Below are positions 36,976 through 50,845 of a stretch of 64,000 bases of DNA, one piece after another. The notes below the pieces were generated by a model, which made no database searches, was not told the origin of the DNA, and was given only the letters and a program-made list of their open reading frames with translations. A program made the translations under genes and the position numbers. The stretch covers positions 2,080,244-2,144,243 of the forward strand of contig MU058252.1 of NCBI GenBank assembly GCA_013265495.1, in the 5' to 3' direction. Positions within the stretch are counted from its first letter, which is position 1; the number at the start of each line of letters is the position of its first letter. This DNA comes from Vicugna vicugna (Eukaryota).

Positions 36976-39606
36976 TTTTTTTCTTTTAAATCTTCTTTTC
37001 CTTATAAAATATGCTTTCTAGTTCTGGTCTTTTTTTGTACTGCTCTGGGTTTTACTCTTTTAGTAAATGGGTCCTTTAAGAATGACCATTTCTCTTTGTT
37101 ATAGCAGTGTTCTGTGGGCAGGAACTGACCTAGTCTCAGGGTGAAGATGGGAGAAGCGAGGAAGAGAATAAACAGAAATGGGAGATGGTTTTCTTTGAAT
37201 ATAATAAATACTACAATGGAAGTTTCAAAATGTGCTAGAAATGAGACTTACGATTATTAAATATGATTTAACTGATGGCCCCTACACAGCCTTTTTATTT
37301 CCATCTTTTATACTGGAAATCTCTGTAAAATCACAGAATCCTTTTTCTCCTGTCTCAGTAAGCAAGAATTGATATGTCACAGGTTACATTTAGAAAATTC
37401 TTTTAGAAGTTAGAATGTACCAACATCTCTCACCTTAAGAGACAATGGAAGTAGAGTTTAAAGGTGTAGGAGATTAGATGTCCACTCTAGGAATATGCAC
37501 TGATGGATGTAGGTACAGCAGAAAGACAGTGCCTGATTTAAGTCCTAAAACCAGCTTGCTTTCTGGAGATTTGCCACTTTTTCCTGAAAGTCTACCACCG
37601 AGGAAACGTTACTGATTTGCGGTTTTAGCTGTGTTTAGGTGGAAAGCATGTGATGAATTATTCCTTAAATGCTCTGAGCCTGAGCTGGCCTGCTAATCTG
37701 GATGCCACAGGCTCAGCAGCAGGAGGAAAGGGAAATTCACACGCCGACTGCTAGCTGAGCACCTCAGCGCCCGGCCGCTCCGCATTTCCAAATACCTGCA
37801 TCGATTCCTTCCAGGACTCAGATCAGTCCTGCTGCTGGAAGGCTGCCTCTGCCTGGGAGCTGTGGGGGAAGGACAAAGCGTGAGAGAAAAATATGTTCCC
37901 TGGGACAGCAGGCAGGTGGCCTGAAACAGGAGAAACACACCCCCACGTTAGGACGCCAGCTCCAGCAGGCAGCTGCACAGGGAGCAAGTGTGTTCTGAGC
38001 AGCAGCCACTTGCCCCCTCTTCCCTTTGGCGGGACCTCTCTGCTTTCTAAGGGCTCCAAGGCTGGGTCCCCACCCCACCACGTGTGAGCGTTCACTTGGA
38101 TCTCTGTCATGTCCATGTACCCCTGTCACCTTGTGGACAGCCCAGCATGGAGCAGAGGTTCAGAGAGTGGTGATGAACCGGTGGGTAGATGAGTGTGACC
38201 TGATGCTGGTACCTCCTCTGGTCCACAGTCCTGTGGCCTCTCGGTGGTCGCCCTCCCCTCCCCGCCCCTCTTCCATTGGCTCCTGCTTGGAGCGTCTGAG
38301 TTGAAAGGATCCTCCAGTCCCTCACTGGACGAGGGGACGGCAGGGAGCCTTCCTGCTCGGGGGATTGTAGTTCCTGGTGACGGCGTGATAACTAACCTAT
38401 GATGAAATGAGCAGGGACAACCCCAGAGGACCTCCATGCTGGTCTCGGATCCGTTACCTGCGGGGCATGCGTTCTTTGCCGAGTAGGGTCGCCTCTCTGA
38501 GCTGCATTGTCTCCTCTTCTGTGGGTGGCTGCTGGTCTCCCCTCTGTCCTCTCTCACTGTCCTTGTAGGAGTCAGTTGAGTTCGTTGATGCGAGAGCTTT
38601 CAGGTACAGCCCTCAGGCTCTGTCCACATGTTCGCAATTAGAATTACTCGGGTCTTCTCTCCCTGGGAACATGTTCTCATCCTAGTAGACCTGCAGGGCC
38701 TTCCAGGAGTCGCTGATAGAAGGAATCCCACTGACTGATGAGGGAAATGCCTGGGTGTCCCAGGGGGTCTCAGGTCACCTCTTCGGCCACCTCATGCTGA
38801 AGTTTTAGGCAAAGTTCACTGACTTGAGGCCCTAAAAGCAGTTCTGCATCATGTCAGCTAGACACGTGCCGCACTTGACACCTCACGGCTGCGAAGCCAC
38901 GTCCGCACTGTACTTTTATTTCAGCGAACACTTGAAACCTCACTGTTGTTCGCAGCGGCCTGCTTCTGGTGTGACAGGCGACTCAGGATTTCAGAGCTGG
39001 AAGAGGAATCCGAGATGGAAAGACTATGGGGAGGGGAGTAGGACTAACCAGTTAGTAGGACTAACCACCAGTGGGCCGGGCAGTTTTAATAAAGCAGGTA
39101 CAATTCTAGATGGAATAAATGCATTTTTGTATACTTATTTTGTTTCAGCAGTAACAATGATTCTGCTACACAGCAGAGAAAAAGGGCCATAATGATGCCA
39201 TTGGAGCAAGAGGTGAGAAGAGCAAAGAGCAGGAAGTACACACAGTTACTCCCTGTGCTGTCGGAGGAGGGTAGAGCCATTTTTCTAACTAATGCTCATC
39301 CCAGAAACATTCAGTAGACATTTGAGTGGAATTATCTGCCTTTGTCTCAGAAACCTTTTTCTTCTACCTATTTTGCTCCACAATAATCCATATGTCTGCC
39401 CTTCCCTCTTTGCAAGCCTGGGGACACCTCTCCTACAGCACATTCTTGGTCTTCTGACTTAGATATTAAGTCCCAAGTCCCAGCAACTCTCATCTTTATT
39501 CCACTGAGAGTTTAAAAAACAATTAAGTGATAATGATAGCATGGGTGGGGAGGAGGAACTGGCCTGATGGTCCAGGACAGATTGCATAATGCAGACGGGC
39601 CGAGGG

Positions 39607-40401
39607 TGTTGGATGAGGTCCCCACCCCAATCCCAGCCTGCCTGGGGAGGCTTTCCCACACCAGCAGTGGCTTCTCGGATGCCAGCGGGTGTCTGAGAGT
39701 TCAGCTCAATTCTGACTCTGTCTACCCGGAGATGGACTCAGACTCCACAGGTGAAGGGCTCAGTCCCACGAGACCACCCTCTGCTTCAGAGGCCCAGGTC
39801 GTCACCTGTGCTTCTGACTAGCCGGTCCCATGACCACCTCCTCGAGTTTGATGAATTTGCTGAATGGTTCGCAGAACTCGGGAAAACCTGTCTGCACACG
39901 AGATCACCAATTGATTTTATAAGGATGTTAAAGAGTGCAAATCAATGGCCAGATGGAGAGATACTTAGGGCAGGGTGTGGCAGAGGGGTGCAGAACTTCC
40001 ATGCTCTCTCTGAATTTCCTCCACCTGTTCACTGCCCCCGAAGCTCTCTGAGCCCTGTCCTTTTGGGAGTTCGTGGAGACTTCATCACACAGGCAAACTG
40101 GTCAACTCGTTGGCCGTTGGTAGTGGAGTCAACCCCCAGGCCCTCCCCCACCCCAGGTCAGAGGGCAGGATTGAAAGTTCCAACCCTCTAGTCCTGTGTT
40201 TGGGTCTCCTGGCCATCAGCCCCGACCCTTGAGTGGAATCCAAAAGTCACCTTCCCTGAAGCATTTTCAGGGTCTACACCAAGAGACCAAATATTATTCC
40301 ATCACTCTTACTGCTCAGGAAATTCTAAGGTTTGAGGAGCTGTGAGCCAAAAACTGGAAGAGGACCAAATGTATGTTTTTCCTATAAATCACAATATTGC
40401 A
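39607..40401 (-). mobile_element. MER21-like LTR
   Basis: caattctgactctgtctacccggagat...gggctcagtcccacgagacc and terminal ataaatcacaatattgca match the reverse complement of the recalled MER21 family consensus. Confidence 0.8.
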
Positions 40402-41739
40402 AAAATCCGAGATGCTCTTCTTTTGATGACCTGTTCTGTTAGAACATGATTTAAACACACAGCCAATCTGCACCTTACCCAGCAGGGGACTGTAACATGC
40501 GGCTCCAAATATGAGTCTTATTTACCCTGGTAGCAGGGAGACAGGAATCCAGAGTAAAAAGGTCCCCAAGCACAAACAGCTGCTGCTGACGAGTCAGGAT
40601 GCTGGGCAGTGAAACGTCTCGAACAGTGAACAGTTACCACGAGAACGAAGCAGGTTGCCGGTACCCGACCTGACCCACCTGAAAGGCTTGGGTTAAAAGA
40701 TGCGCAACCATCTCCTCAGAAAGTGACATTTCACTCTGAACAGTGACATCTTACCAGGTTGAGCTTGGCCCTCTCAAATGCCCTGTTTAAAATACAAAAA
40801 TATACGTGGGGTACCACATGTGAAGTGGCTTACGTGGGCAGAGGCATTCTTTCTCGAGTCGGAGAGCCCAGACGCCCCAGGAGTCTGGTGTCTGGGAGAA
40901 CGCAGCGTGGGAGTGGGGAGCAGAGAGAGCGGGCAGGCACAGCCGGCGGCTGGGCACCTGCTTCATGCTTTTCCACGTGGGTTTCTGGGTCATTCCTTCC
41001 CGGCCCCCGCGCTGCCGGGAGGCAGCGTGTCCATCCTTTGGGGAAGGCTGTCTGCTGAGCAATGGAAGGAAATGGGACCACAGAGGCATGGATGTTTGAA
41101 GTCGGAGGAACCTTTGAGACAATTTGTCTGAGTCCCTCAGTTCACAGGTGCAGATGTGAGAGCTCTTCCTTTAAAACCACAAACCTGTTTTGTAAATTTC
41201 ATCATGTCTATTGACAAATGTAAAAGGACATTTTGATGCCAGCGTAACTGCTGTGTGTTTGCTGGGCCGTCTTCCCAGTTCCAGCCTCAGACTGTTCACG
41301 TGCATGCTTGAATTTCCTGAGTGAGGACAGACTGCAGCATCCGTTGGGGCTGGGTTCTCTTTGGTTTGTGTCTGTCGTCGTCTTGGGTGAGTGTGCTCAC
41401 TGCGGGGAGTACGTGACCTCCAGAAGCAGTCAAGGGCAGAGGGAGACTGAACGCACAGCCACGTGGATGCAACCCTGCCTTGGTGGGGTCTCTCCTGCCC
41501 CCGGATGCACAGCCGCACCCCAGTGCGTTGACGTCATTCGTCCCGCCTCATTGTCCCTGGACTCTCCACCGACACCATCTCCTCTCCCTGTACAGCTCCT
41601 CCTCCTACCGAGCAAAACGCTGGTAAAAGAGCAACGCCTGTATTGATTCTCTTTGTCTCCCGGAAGGAACTGTCTGGTTAGTCCCAATTCTCTTCGATTT
41701 TCCAGCCAGGTCGATTCGTCCCAGGGCTGGGTTCACCTT

Positions 41740-41955
41740 GTAGATCTGCAGGTTCAAACTACGTATATAAAACAGGTAAACAGCAAGGTCCTGCTGTGCA
41801 GCGCAGGGAACTCTATTCAGTGCCTTGTAGTGACCTGTAATGGAGAGAAGGTGAAACAAATGTACGTTATGTCCATGTATGACTGAAGCATTATGCTGTC
41901 CACCAGAAATTGACACAACATTGTAAACTGACTATATTTCAATTTAAAAAAAAGA
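41740..41955 (+). mobile_element. L1 3'UTR tail fragment
   Basis: tatataaaacaggtaaacagcaaggtcctgctgtgcagcgcagggaac...cattgtaaactgactatatttcaat plus an A tail. Confidence 0.9.
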
Positions 41956-44105
41956 AATTAGGCCAAGGAGGGAAGAGGATCCTAAAATACTCTACCCCGT
42001 CCCCCGTCTGAGGAAGTTAGACAGGTTTTTGTAGGTTTGGTTAGTGCTGCTTCCGTCCCAGCCGCTCAGCCAGCCAACTCACTAACCCTGGGCTCCAGCC
42101 GGGCGGTGGGCACATGTCTGGCACCTGCAGACGGTCCTCTGTGGACACTGGCCGTGGCTGAGCTGCTAACCCCAGAAGCAGTCTGGGACAGAGGAGTCCC
42201 CAGAGCGCTGATTTAGGGAACGCGTAAGCCCCAAGCTCTGAAACAAGCCAGGAAAACCCCTGGAAAAACTGTTTTTCAGAACGAACGAGCCGCAGCGCTG
42301 TTATTCTTTTCTGGAAACCAAACCAAGAAGCCCAACTCCACAGAGGAAGTGACGGGTCAAGACTGGGAGGACTGGTGTGGAATCGGGACGCGTGGCATCA
42401 GGTGGCCTCGCTTTCAGGGAGCTGACGCACTGCAGAAACCCCTTGGATTCTGTGACTCCTCCTGGACCAACAAAGCACCCTACGTCATCAGCCGGCAGCG
42501 AGCTCCAGGAAAGCCTTGTGCACATGGAAACACTTAGTGCACTGCAACAAAGACCAAGATTCAAAAAAAAAAAAAAAAGAAAGAAAAAAGCAGGGAAGAT
42601 ATCTTCACTGGCATCACTGAATGTTAATGGTGATGAAGACGAGTCATCGGAGGTTATAGGATACAGAACCCTAAGTCAGAACGCCTAGTGAAGATGTGTT
42701 TTAAATCAAAATTACTGCTGTCACTACCAAGGGTGGCTGTGCTACCATAAGAATCGCACAGCATCCTAGTGACATGGCACTTCGGCAGAAGAGGTTGCCA
42801 GAATTCCTGGTAAGTTAATCTTCAGTCAAAACAAGGGAAAGGTGAGGTTACGTGGCGAGCTTTCCTAGGGCAAAATAGGCCAGTCAGAACTCGTGTTTAA
42901 ACTTGCAAATCTGTCATCTCTCTGGATTTCATGTGTAACTAGAGTTCATCTTCACAAACAGGCATTCTAAATTATTACTTGTTATTCTACATGTTTTATT
43001 AACAAATATTTATGGAAAGAAATTAATATTCATTAAGAGAACATCACAAATTTAGTGGAGTAAGGGATGGCCCATTTTTTCAAGAACCTAGCGAACTTCC
43101 TCAATGTCATTTATTATATAAAGCAGTATTCTCACCACATATCATCCCCCAGACTTAATTCCAGCTAGGTGTAAGTAGCTAAATATAAAAACAGAAAGAA
43201 GGATAATATTGCACCATAAAAACTAAGAAAAATGGGGATAATGACTTACTACCTCAATAAAGAACAGCGTTCTCAGAATAAAAGCAATAGAGTGATCACA
43301 AGGAGAAAATAATCTTAGATTTTAATTATCTAATAAACAAGTTATATGTACAAATATTATACATTTAAAGTATACAGCAGAAATAAGAGGAAACCCAACA
43401 TCTGGTAAGATATTTACAGCAAGTTTCATATGTAATATATTTAATACAGTAAGAGCTCAAATACATTCATTAGAAAAATTGTGCAAAATACATGGTCAAG
43501 ATGTTCCGGAAAATGGAAGAAAGTTCGAACTCATTAGTAATGATTGCTGTGTCGTTTATAATCCTGGAAAATTGGGAATAAGCATTTCTCCCATGAAGAA
43601 ACAGTGGTGACAGCACCAAATTATGACACAGTCACATAATATTTAAGGTTCTGTTTCAAGAGGGTGGACTCAGCTTGTATAATTAAGTGCCCTCTCTTCC
43701 CTCAAAGCTTGATGTTAAGAGGAAAGAAATGCAAAAGGGACGATGGTGATAAGACACTGAAAAGGCCAGAGGGAAGCAGATTAGGATCTTGAGAGATTCC
43801 TGTGAGACAGAAGGAAGGTGGGACCCTGATACATCCTGGTAGGGGAAGTCATGGTCGGAGCACCTGCAGGGAAGCCCCTGAGACCCGATTATTAGGGATG
43901 CTCTAGTCCCTCGCATCCTGGTGGTGGAGCAGCTGCAGAGAGAAAGAGCAAATGGATGCAGTGACCGATTTGTGGAAGGGACACAAGGCAATTGTTATCA
44001 AGCCCGCTCTCCTGTCTCCCACCTGTAGAGCTGAGGATGTGGCCTCCGTCTGAGACAGTGGCCCTGCAGACCACGGGAGAGAAGGAACCAGTGTGGATAC
44101 TGAGA

Positions 44106-44967
44106 TCAAAAAATGGACAGAAGACCTAAACAGACATTTCTCCAGTGAAGACATACAGATGGCCACTAGGCATATGAAAAATGCTCAATATTGCTAATTT
44201 TCAGAGAAATGCAAATCAAAACTACAATGAGGTATCACCTCACACCAGTCAGAATGGCCATCATTCAAAAGTCCACAAATGACAAATGCTGGAGAGGCTG
44301 TGGAGAAAAGGGAACCCTCCCACACTGCTGGTGGGTGTGTAAATTGGTGCAGCCACTACGGAAAACAGTATGGAGATTCCTTAAAAAAACTGAAGGTAGA
44401 CTTATCTTGTGATCCTGCAATCCCACTCCTGGGCATATGTGTCATGAAACAACCTAAATGTCCATTGACAGATGGATAAAGGAGATGTAGTATATTTATA
44501 CAAGGGAATACTTCTCAGCCATAAAAAGAATTAAGTAACGCCATTTGCAGCAACATGGATGCACCTGGGGATCATCATTCTAAGTGAGGTAAGCCAGAAA
44601 GAGAAAGAGAAATACCACATTATAACTTATATCTGGAATCTAAAAAAAAAAAAAAAAGAAAACACCAATAAATTAATTTACAAAACAGAAAAAGACTCAC
44701 AGACACAGAAGATGAACTTACGGTTACCAAAGGGGATGAGGGGTAAATTAGGAGCAGTGTGTAACAGAGACTAACTATTATATATAAAACAGGTAAGCAC
44801 CAGGTTTCTGCTGCACAGCGCAGGGGACTACATGCAATATCTTGCAGTAACCTATAACGAAAAAGAACATAAAAATGAATACCTGTATGTACATGAATGA
44901 CGGAAACATTATGCTGTGCACTAGAAACTGCACAACATTGTAAACTGACTATACATCAATTAAAAAG
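44106..44967 (+). mobile_element. 5'-truncated L1 (ORF2 C-terminus + 3'UTR) with small internal deletion
   Basis: Peptide [38 protein letters not shown] is canonical L1 ORF2p; a segment present in the 35420-36328 copy is missing near 44440; A tail. Confidence 0.95.
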
Positions 44968-45537
44968 GAGATACATACACCCAAGGTCCTAGGTTTTTAT
45001 CCCAGATGCATTGCTCACGAAGTACATGGCCCTGTGTCAGTCACCTTACCAGTGCCTCAGGTTCTCATTTGCCACATGATGCGTGTGTTTTCAGTGCCTA
45101 CAACCTGAACATTCCCGTGCAGCCACATTGTGCTGCCGGTGGATGTAAAGCATCCTGTCCACCTTTGGGGATGAGGTGCCTGCAGGATGAGGAAAGCCTT
45201 TCTGTAACTCAGCTAGACGCTGTTCCCTGTGACTTTCGCCAGTTGGCCTTGTTTACGTAGCTGGAGGGTCTGCAGAGCCGCCTCGACGGGGGAGCACCCT
45301 GCTCTCCTCTGACTAGTCCCAATTCACTGTCCCCGCGCCTTTCTGCTGCTTCCTCTTTCCAGGCTGGTTTATGACCCACCTTGTGCACTTACAATATTCC
45401 ATGTCATTTGTCCTCAAACGCTCATCTTCTGCTCAGTTATTTGGCTAGGTAAACGTTTGTAGGGCGAAATGAGAGAAAAAGAATCTTGTTTCTTTCGTTG
45501 CAAAGAAACCTCAGGTGTGATACAGCACCCCTGCGAA

Positions 45538-45863
45538 GGGCCGGATGTTTATGTTTATTTGCTGGCATCCTGGCCTCCACACGATGACCTCAGGGCGTGA
45601 GCCTTTGGGGGTTAATTGGGTCTCAGAGGTACAGTCCTCATGATGGGAATCTTGCCCTTACAAAAGGGACACTTGGGAGCTCGCTCCCCCTTTCCCTGCC
45701 ACTTGGGGACACAGTGGGAAGTCCGCAGTCTGCAGCCTCCCCAGAACCCAGCTGTGTGGTCACCCTGACTGCCGAGCCCCAGCCTCCCAGGACTGAGACA
45801 TACGTCTGTGTCGTGGATAAGCCGCCCAGTCTGCGGTACTGGGTTTTCGAGCCCAGACCAAGA
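45538..45863 (+). mobile_element. MaLR LTR (MLT1-like)
   Basis: gagcctttgggggttaattggg...ctcatgatgggaatcttgcccttacaaaag...cagcctcccaggactgaga...taagccgcccagtctgcggtac...accaagaca. Confidence 0.8.
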
Positions 45864-46954
45864 CAGCTCCTTCCCACACCCCTGAACACACTTCAGTTCC
45901 CCATTTTTATGTCAAAGTGGGTGGCGCCTTGCCTATTTCTAAATATTTATCAGCTAATATGTAGAAAGCATTCTGGAAATAAAATCAGTATGTGAATACT
46001 CAGTGTCATGAGGACAATTAAACGATGCTCGTTTAATGGTTCCTTGTTTGGGTGCACTTAGCTGATCTGACAAAATATGTTTGGAAGATCCCAGCCAGAA
46101 ATATTTCTAGTAATGAATATAAATCCTTTCTGGATTACCTCCTTTTCCCCCTTTCCTTAACATTCCAAAAAAAATTACCTGTTATGTATAACTTAAATAA
46201 TAGCAGACTTTCTAAGAAGCTTACCACACTCTTAGCAGTGTGAGTGAGTGAGAATATATGCTTGACTTCAATTTTTTTCTGGTCTTTAGGAAAGCTTCAC
46301 CCAAGTGCTTCTTCAAAGGCTTTTGAAAATGAAACATTCTGAGAGGGCCTCATGCATTGCTGCTGAATTTAGTAATTCTGAGCAATCGCACTGAAATCCA
46401 TCCTCTTTGGAGTCCACCTCCTTTCCCGCACATCTATCTTGTAACGACCCTCTTCCTCAAAGCCTGCTCATCACCTTTGTGAAAATGGCAACTCGGATTT
46501 CAGTGAGGGTGCGTAGACTTAATTTGCAGACCCTGTGGTCTCTGCCGTGCTCCGTGGAGTTCTTGGTGGAGGTGAGAAACCAAATTGGTAGCCTTCAGAA
46601 GTCCTGCCTGATGACTAAGGTGGTTTATGTCTCCCCCTGTAACTTGCCCAGGCTCCACCCCGCCCCCATCCCTCCACAGTGGCCTTAGAGTTGCACCAGC
46701 TTCCGGCTGAGTTAGGCCAGTGAAAGTCACTGACGGGAGCCAGAGGGAAGGAATGAGGGAGGTGGGGGTCCCCAGGTAGGGAATGTCGACGGTCCTGTGC
46801 CTGATGCGCCCATCAGGCCGGGCTGTCCTGCAGCTGCAGGGTAATTTACACACAGCAGAATCCCCCGCCACGGTCCTGGCAACCACGGATTTATTTCTTC
46901 TTTAACAGTTTGTCTCTTCCAGAATGTCCTGCAGTGGGGTCACAGAGAACATAC

Positions 46955-47205
46955 CCATCAGTGGGGTCGGAAGAGGGCTGGCTGCAGAGGAGCATGAGGG
47001 AAATTTGAGGAGTGACATCTTTTTTGTTTGTTTTTTTATTGAAGTATAGTTGACTTACAATGTGCTAGTTTCAGGTGTACAGCACAGAGATTCAGTTGTG
47101 TGTGTATATACATATATATATGTATATTAAAACTCTTTGAACTGTGCCCTTTGAAGGGTGAATCTTATTGAATGTAAATGATGCGTCAAAAAGCCAACTT
47201 TAAAA
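46955..47205 (+). mobile_element. Old L1ME-type 3' end containing a nested younger antisense L1 tail (~47019-47127)
   Basis: gagcatgagggaaatttgaggagtga...aaactctttgaactgtgccc...gaatcttattgaatgtaaatgatg is split by tttttattgaagtatagttgacttacaatgtg...(TG/TA)n. Confidence 0.65.
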
Positions 47206-49704
47206 GGTGAGGAATGACGTAAGTCATAGTGATGTCTGTTGTCACCGCAAGAAATTCCCCTCCTACTACAGAGGGACTTGCAGAAGATGCTCCCATACCG
47301 CTACCATATCGTGCAGTTTTGTGACAGCTGTTCATATTCATAGGCCGAATAACTTAGCCCTTCTTTATTTTGACTAGTCAGGGAGATATGCGCACAAAAT
47401 GTGCTCAGGGAGAAACACGCCCACGTTTTCCGTGACGTCGTCCAGTCTCGGCGGTTCTTCCTCCCCGAGGTTCCTCTTCGGTCACGTCTGAGGCAGGGGC
47501 TGGGGTTTGTCTCCTCCTTTGGTGCTGGAGAGCTTTCAGGACCACATTCCTGCTCATTCTTTGTTCTGAGGCTCAAGAAGTCAAAGGCTTGCAACTTCCT
47601 TGTCAACAGAATTCCTCAGAACTGCGGCAGACGTCTGCTCTGTGGGTTTGCTGTCAGACAGACCCAGGTCTGTCTCCATGTTCTCCAGCCCCCTTCATTT
47701 CATTCCTTGGTCACCCGCTTGTATTCTCCCCATCGATGGCAGTGGGGTTGAGGTGCTTTAGAACGAGAAGTGGGGAGACGGCCCCTCACATCGACCTTTG
47801 GCTTAAGTGCTGGTGTTCACTGAGCAGCCTCTGGGCCTTTGCAGTGTGAGGCCTTTAAAGACCCCGCCTCTTCCTGTTGGGCTCCGGACCTCAGGGCCCC
47901 CGGTTTCTTAATACTCTTTTCTTCTTTGCACGTTGCTTGCATGCTGTTCGGCTCTTTCCTGCACTTGTCTGTGTCTTGTGTTAATTTACACTGCTTTGTG
48001 TTGGAAAAATGAGCCCGCATTTTCGCATTAAGGGGACCCTTTTAAGGACACTATTCATGACTTATGTCAAAAGGCTCCACCTTAGACACAAAGGCTGCCG
48101 CCTCCTCCATCCGGCTCACGTCCTCTGCCGTGTCCCCTCTGGTCCCTCCCACGTGCTCAGGAAGCGCAGCGGGTGAGCTCATTAATGCAGAATCCGCACA
48201 CAAATCACCGCGTTTGACAAAATCGGCTTTCCTCCCTCGATTCGGCCAGACAACACCCCTTGGGAATCCACATGTTTATCCTGTTCTATCCCCTTGTGTC
48301 TAATTTACTGTCAGGACCACAGCAGGCGCCCAGGCAATGTCCGTTGAATGATATTGTCTTCATTTTTTTAAAAAAAGACTTTGCCGACATGTGTGAGTTG
48401 TTAGGCGTGCGCGCCTAGCGCTGTGAGCAAGCGCCGCGCGGCCTCGCCAGTCTTGCCGCGAAGCCGTGCACCTGCGAAGGCAGCCCGTGGAAGACGGGGC
48501 ACCTGCAGGGCTGCGGCGTGCGCGGCGGACCGCGCACCTGGAGGTGGGGAAGTGGAACCGCGAGGGCATCTTCAGCAAGGGGCAAAGCCTCAGGACGTGT
48601 ACGGGACGTGAGGAGATGGGGATTTGGATGCACAGTGCTTCCCGCTGAAGTTAACACCAGAGAGAAGCCAGCTTTGGGAATGAGTCTGGCAGGCTGGGGT
48701 GACACGGCAAACTGCCCAGCCAGAGTGGACGTGCACTTGCCATGGGATTGAGTTACTGAATGGCTCTGGGGTTTTCTAGGACAGAAAACATGGCTCTCTC
48801 TTCTGCACGGCCCCCGATTCCAGCTGAAACTACGCCCGTGGACGCATGATCTCTCTCTCTGATCGGGGGCTTCTCCTGTTTGCTCAGTTTGGTCTCAGAC
48901 TTCTTATGGCCTGCATCGAGGTTCTGGAAAACTGCACTGCTGTCAGTGATTTAGATATAAGAGATTTCCACTCATATACTTTACCTGCTATGAAATTAAT
49001 TTGTTTTTGACATTTTTCTGGAAAGGGTCTAAGTATTATGACCTTCATTAAAAATTCATCTAAAATCTCCTGTGTGTCTATTCTGCATATAAAAGTATCA
49101 ATTTGGCTTCTGTATGCCACATAAAATGGGAGGGAAAAACAGATTAAGAAATCCAGTATGTTAATTATAGGCATGCAATTTATGATCTCTGTTGATCTGT
49201 GTTTAAAAATTACACTTAGCATATATAAGTATATAATATCTATATGCATACACATAGTAACAGAAAATGTGAACTTTGACATCTATGTATGTTAAAATGA
49301 GAATGTAATTCATCAGTTGTTCAAATATGTAAATCATAGGTATTTGAAGAAATAAATAGAATACTAAAAACAGAATTAAAATCACCAACTTTTACGATGT
49401 TTACCAGGAAATGTATGACCACCAAGTGCTGAAGACCAAGTCTGAACATAAAAAAAACAGGAGGCATAAATGGAAAAGTTAAAATCATTAACAGGTAAAA
49501 TACTATGAGGAAATTTCCAAGATACAGTGACAGGATCTAAGCGTGGCAACTTTCTTATCTCTTAGGAAAAAAACTCAGAAGTTATGTCGATTTGTAATTT
49601 AACAGTTTTCAGAAGAACATTCAACTGTCTATGAAAATATCCAAGGTTCCAGAGAGAAACATACACACACAACGAAAAGAATTTAAAACTGTGTTTCGTA
49701 CTTT

Positions 49705-50845
49705 GGACCTCTGCTCCGGGAAGGATGGAGTAGACGTATTTTTCTGTATTCCTCCACTAAGTCCAGCTAAAACCCTGGATGTTTATGTGAAATGAACGCA
49801 AGGAGATTGAAGTGAGGAGAGAAGGCAGCAGACCCGCCAGGGGCCTCGAGACCCGGGAACAACCCAGTGTGAGTTCCCTGGTTTTCTTTTTCCTCCCGTC
49901 TCCAAGACCAGGTCATGGAGAGGCTGGCCACCTGGAGACAAACCAAAATTGTCCCATGGAAAGCCTGCTCTCTCTAGCAGGGCAAAGAAAGGGGCGGCCT
50001 GGCCGGGCAGAACCCTTCTGGACGGGGACCACGCTCCTCCAACACCACTCCCGCTCCCAGCTCCACAAGTGAAGCCAGAGGAGCGAGTGAAGGAGAGCCA
50101 TGCCAAGCTGTCCCACGCCCTCTGTGGCGCTGTCAGAGGAGCCCGTGGGGAGCCAGGCCCCTCCCGCTACCCGGGCAGTAAGGGGCTCCCCTGCCATGGT
50201 GCCCATGGAGACCACCCGGAGGTCTGGACGTCCACCTTCACCTGCTGTAGCGAGGTGTCCTCTCGCTCCCCACCGGAGGGCCAGGACTCTCGCCAGTGCC
50301 CAGCGAGAAGGCGGATACCACCCCAGAGTGTCAGGCCGCATGGGGAGCAGTAGGGAGCTGTCCCCCCCCACCCAGGGTGTCGTGGTGGAGACGCGGTGGA
50401 GAGCCTGGATTCCCACATCTGCCCTGGTGTCCGCGGAGGCCCAGTGCAGAGCCTGGACTCCCACGCCCACCAGGCAGAGCCCTTGCGTCCTCTGCCCGCA
50501 GAACACAACATCAAATAAGACCCAGAGTCTTGGAACCTAATTCCCAGGGGTTAGGGATGGTCGGGGGGAGGGTCTGACTACACAGGTGCAGCAGGAGGCA
50601 GGCAGAGGTGTCTGTATCTTGATCACAGTGCTGGTTACAGAAATCCACCCATGGGCTAAAAGGGCGTAGAAGTGTGCACACACCTTGCCCAGGTGACAAG
50701 TTCCAGGTTTGGACAGTGTGCTGTAGTTATTTAAGAGCTGTTATTGGGAGGAACTGAGTGAAGGGCATGTGGGACTTCTCTGGGCTACATTATGATCTCC
50801 TGTAACTCTAGTTGTTTTAAAACAAAAATTTTTAAAAAATTTAAG
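49705..50845 (+). mobile_element. Ancient L1MC-type element: 5' end (~49705-50545) directly joined to 3' end (~50545-50845)
   Basis: ggacctctgctccgggaaggatggagtagacgtattt... resembles the L1MC 5' terminus, with internal ~50-bp subrepeats (gagagcctggattccca / cagagcctggactccca). ccaggggttagggatgg...gggaggaactgagtgaagggcatgtgggacttctctg plus an A-rich tail resembles the L1MC 3' end. Confidence 0.65.

Noticed and set aside
49783..50577. Cluster of 100-200 aa ORFs on both strands
   Set aside because: They fall in the GC-rich 5' region of an old L1; no protein family resemblance.
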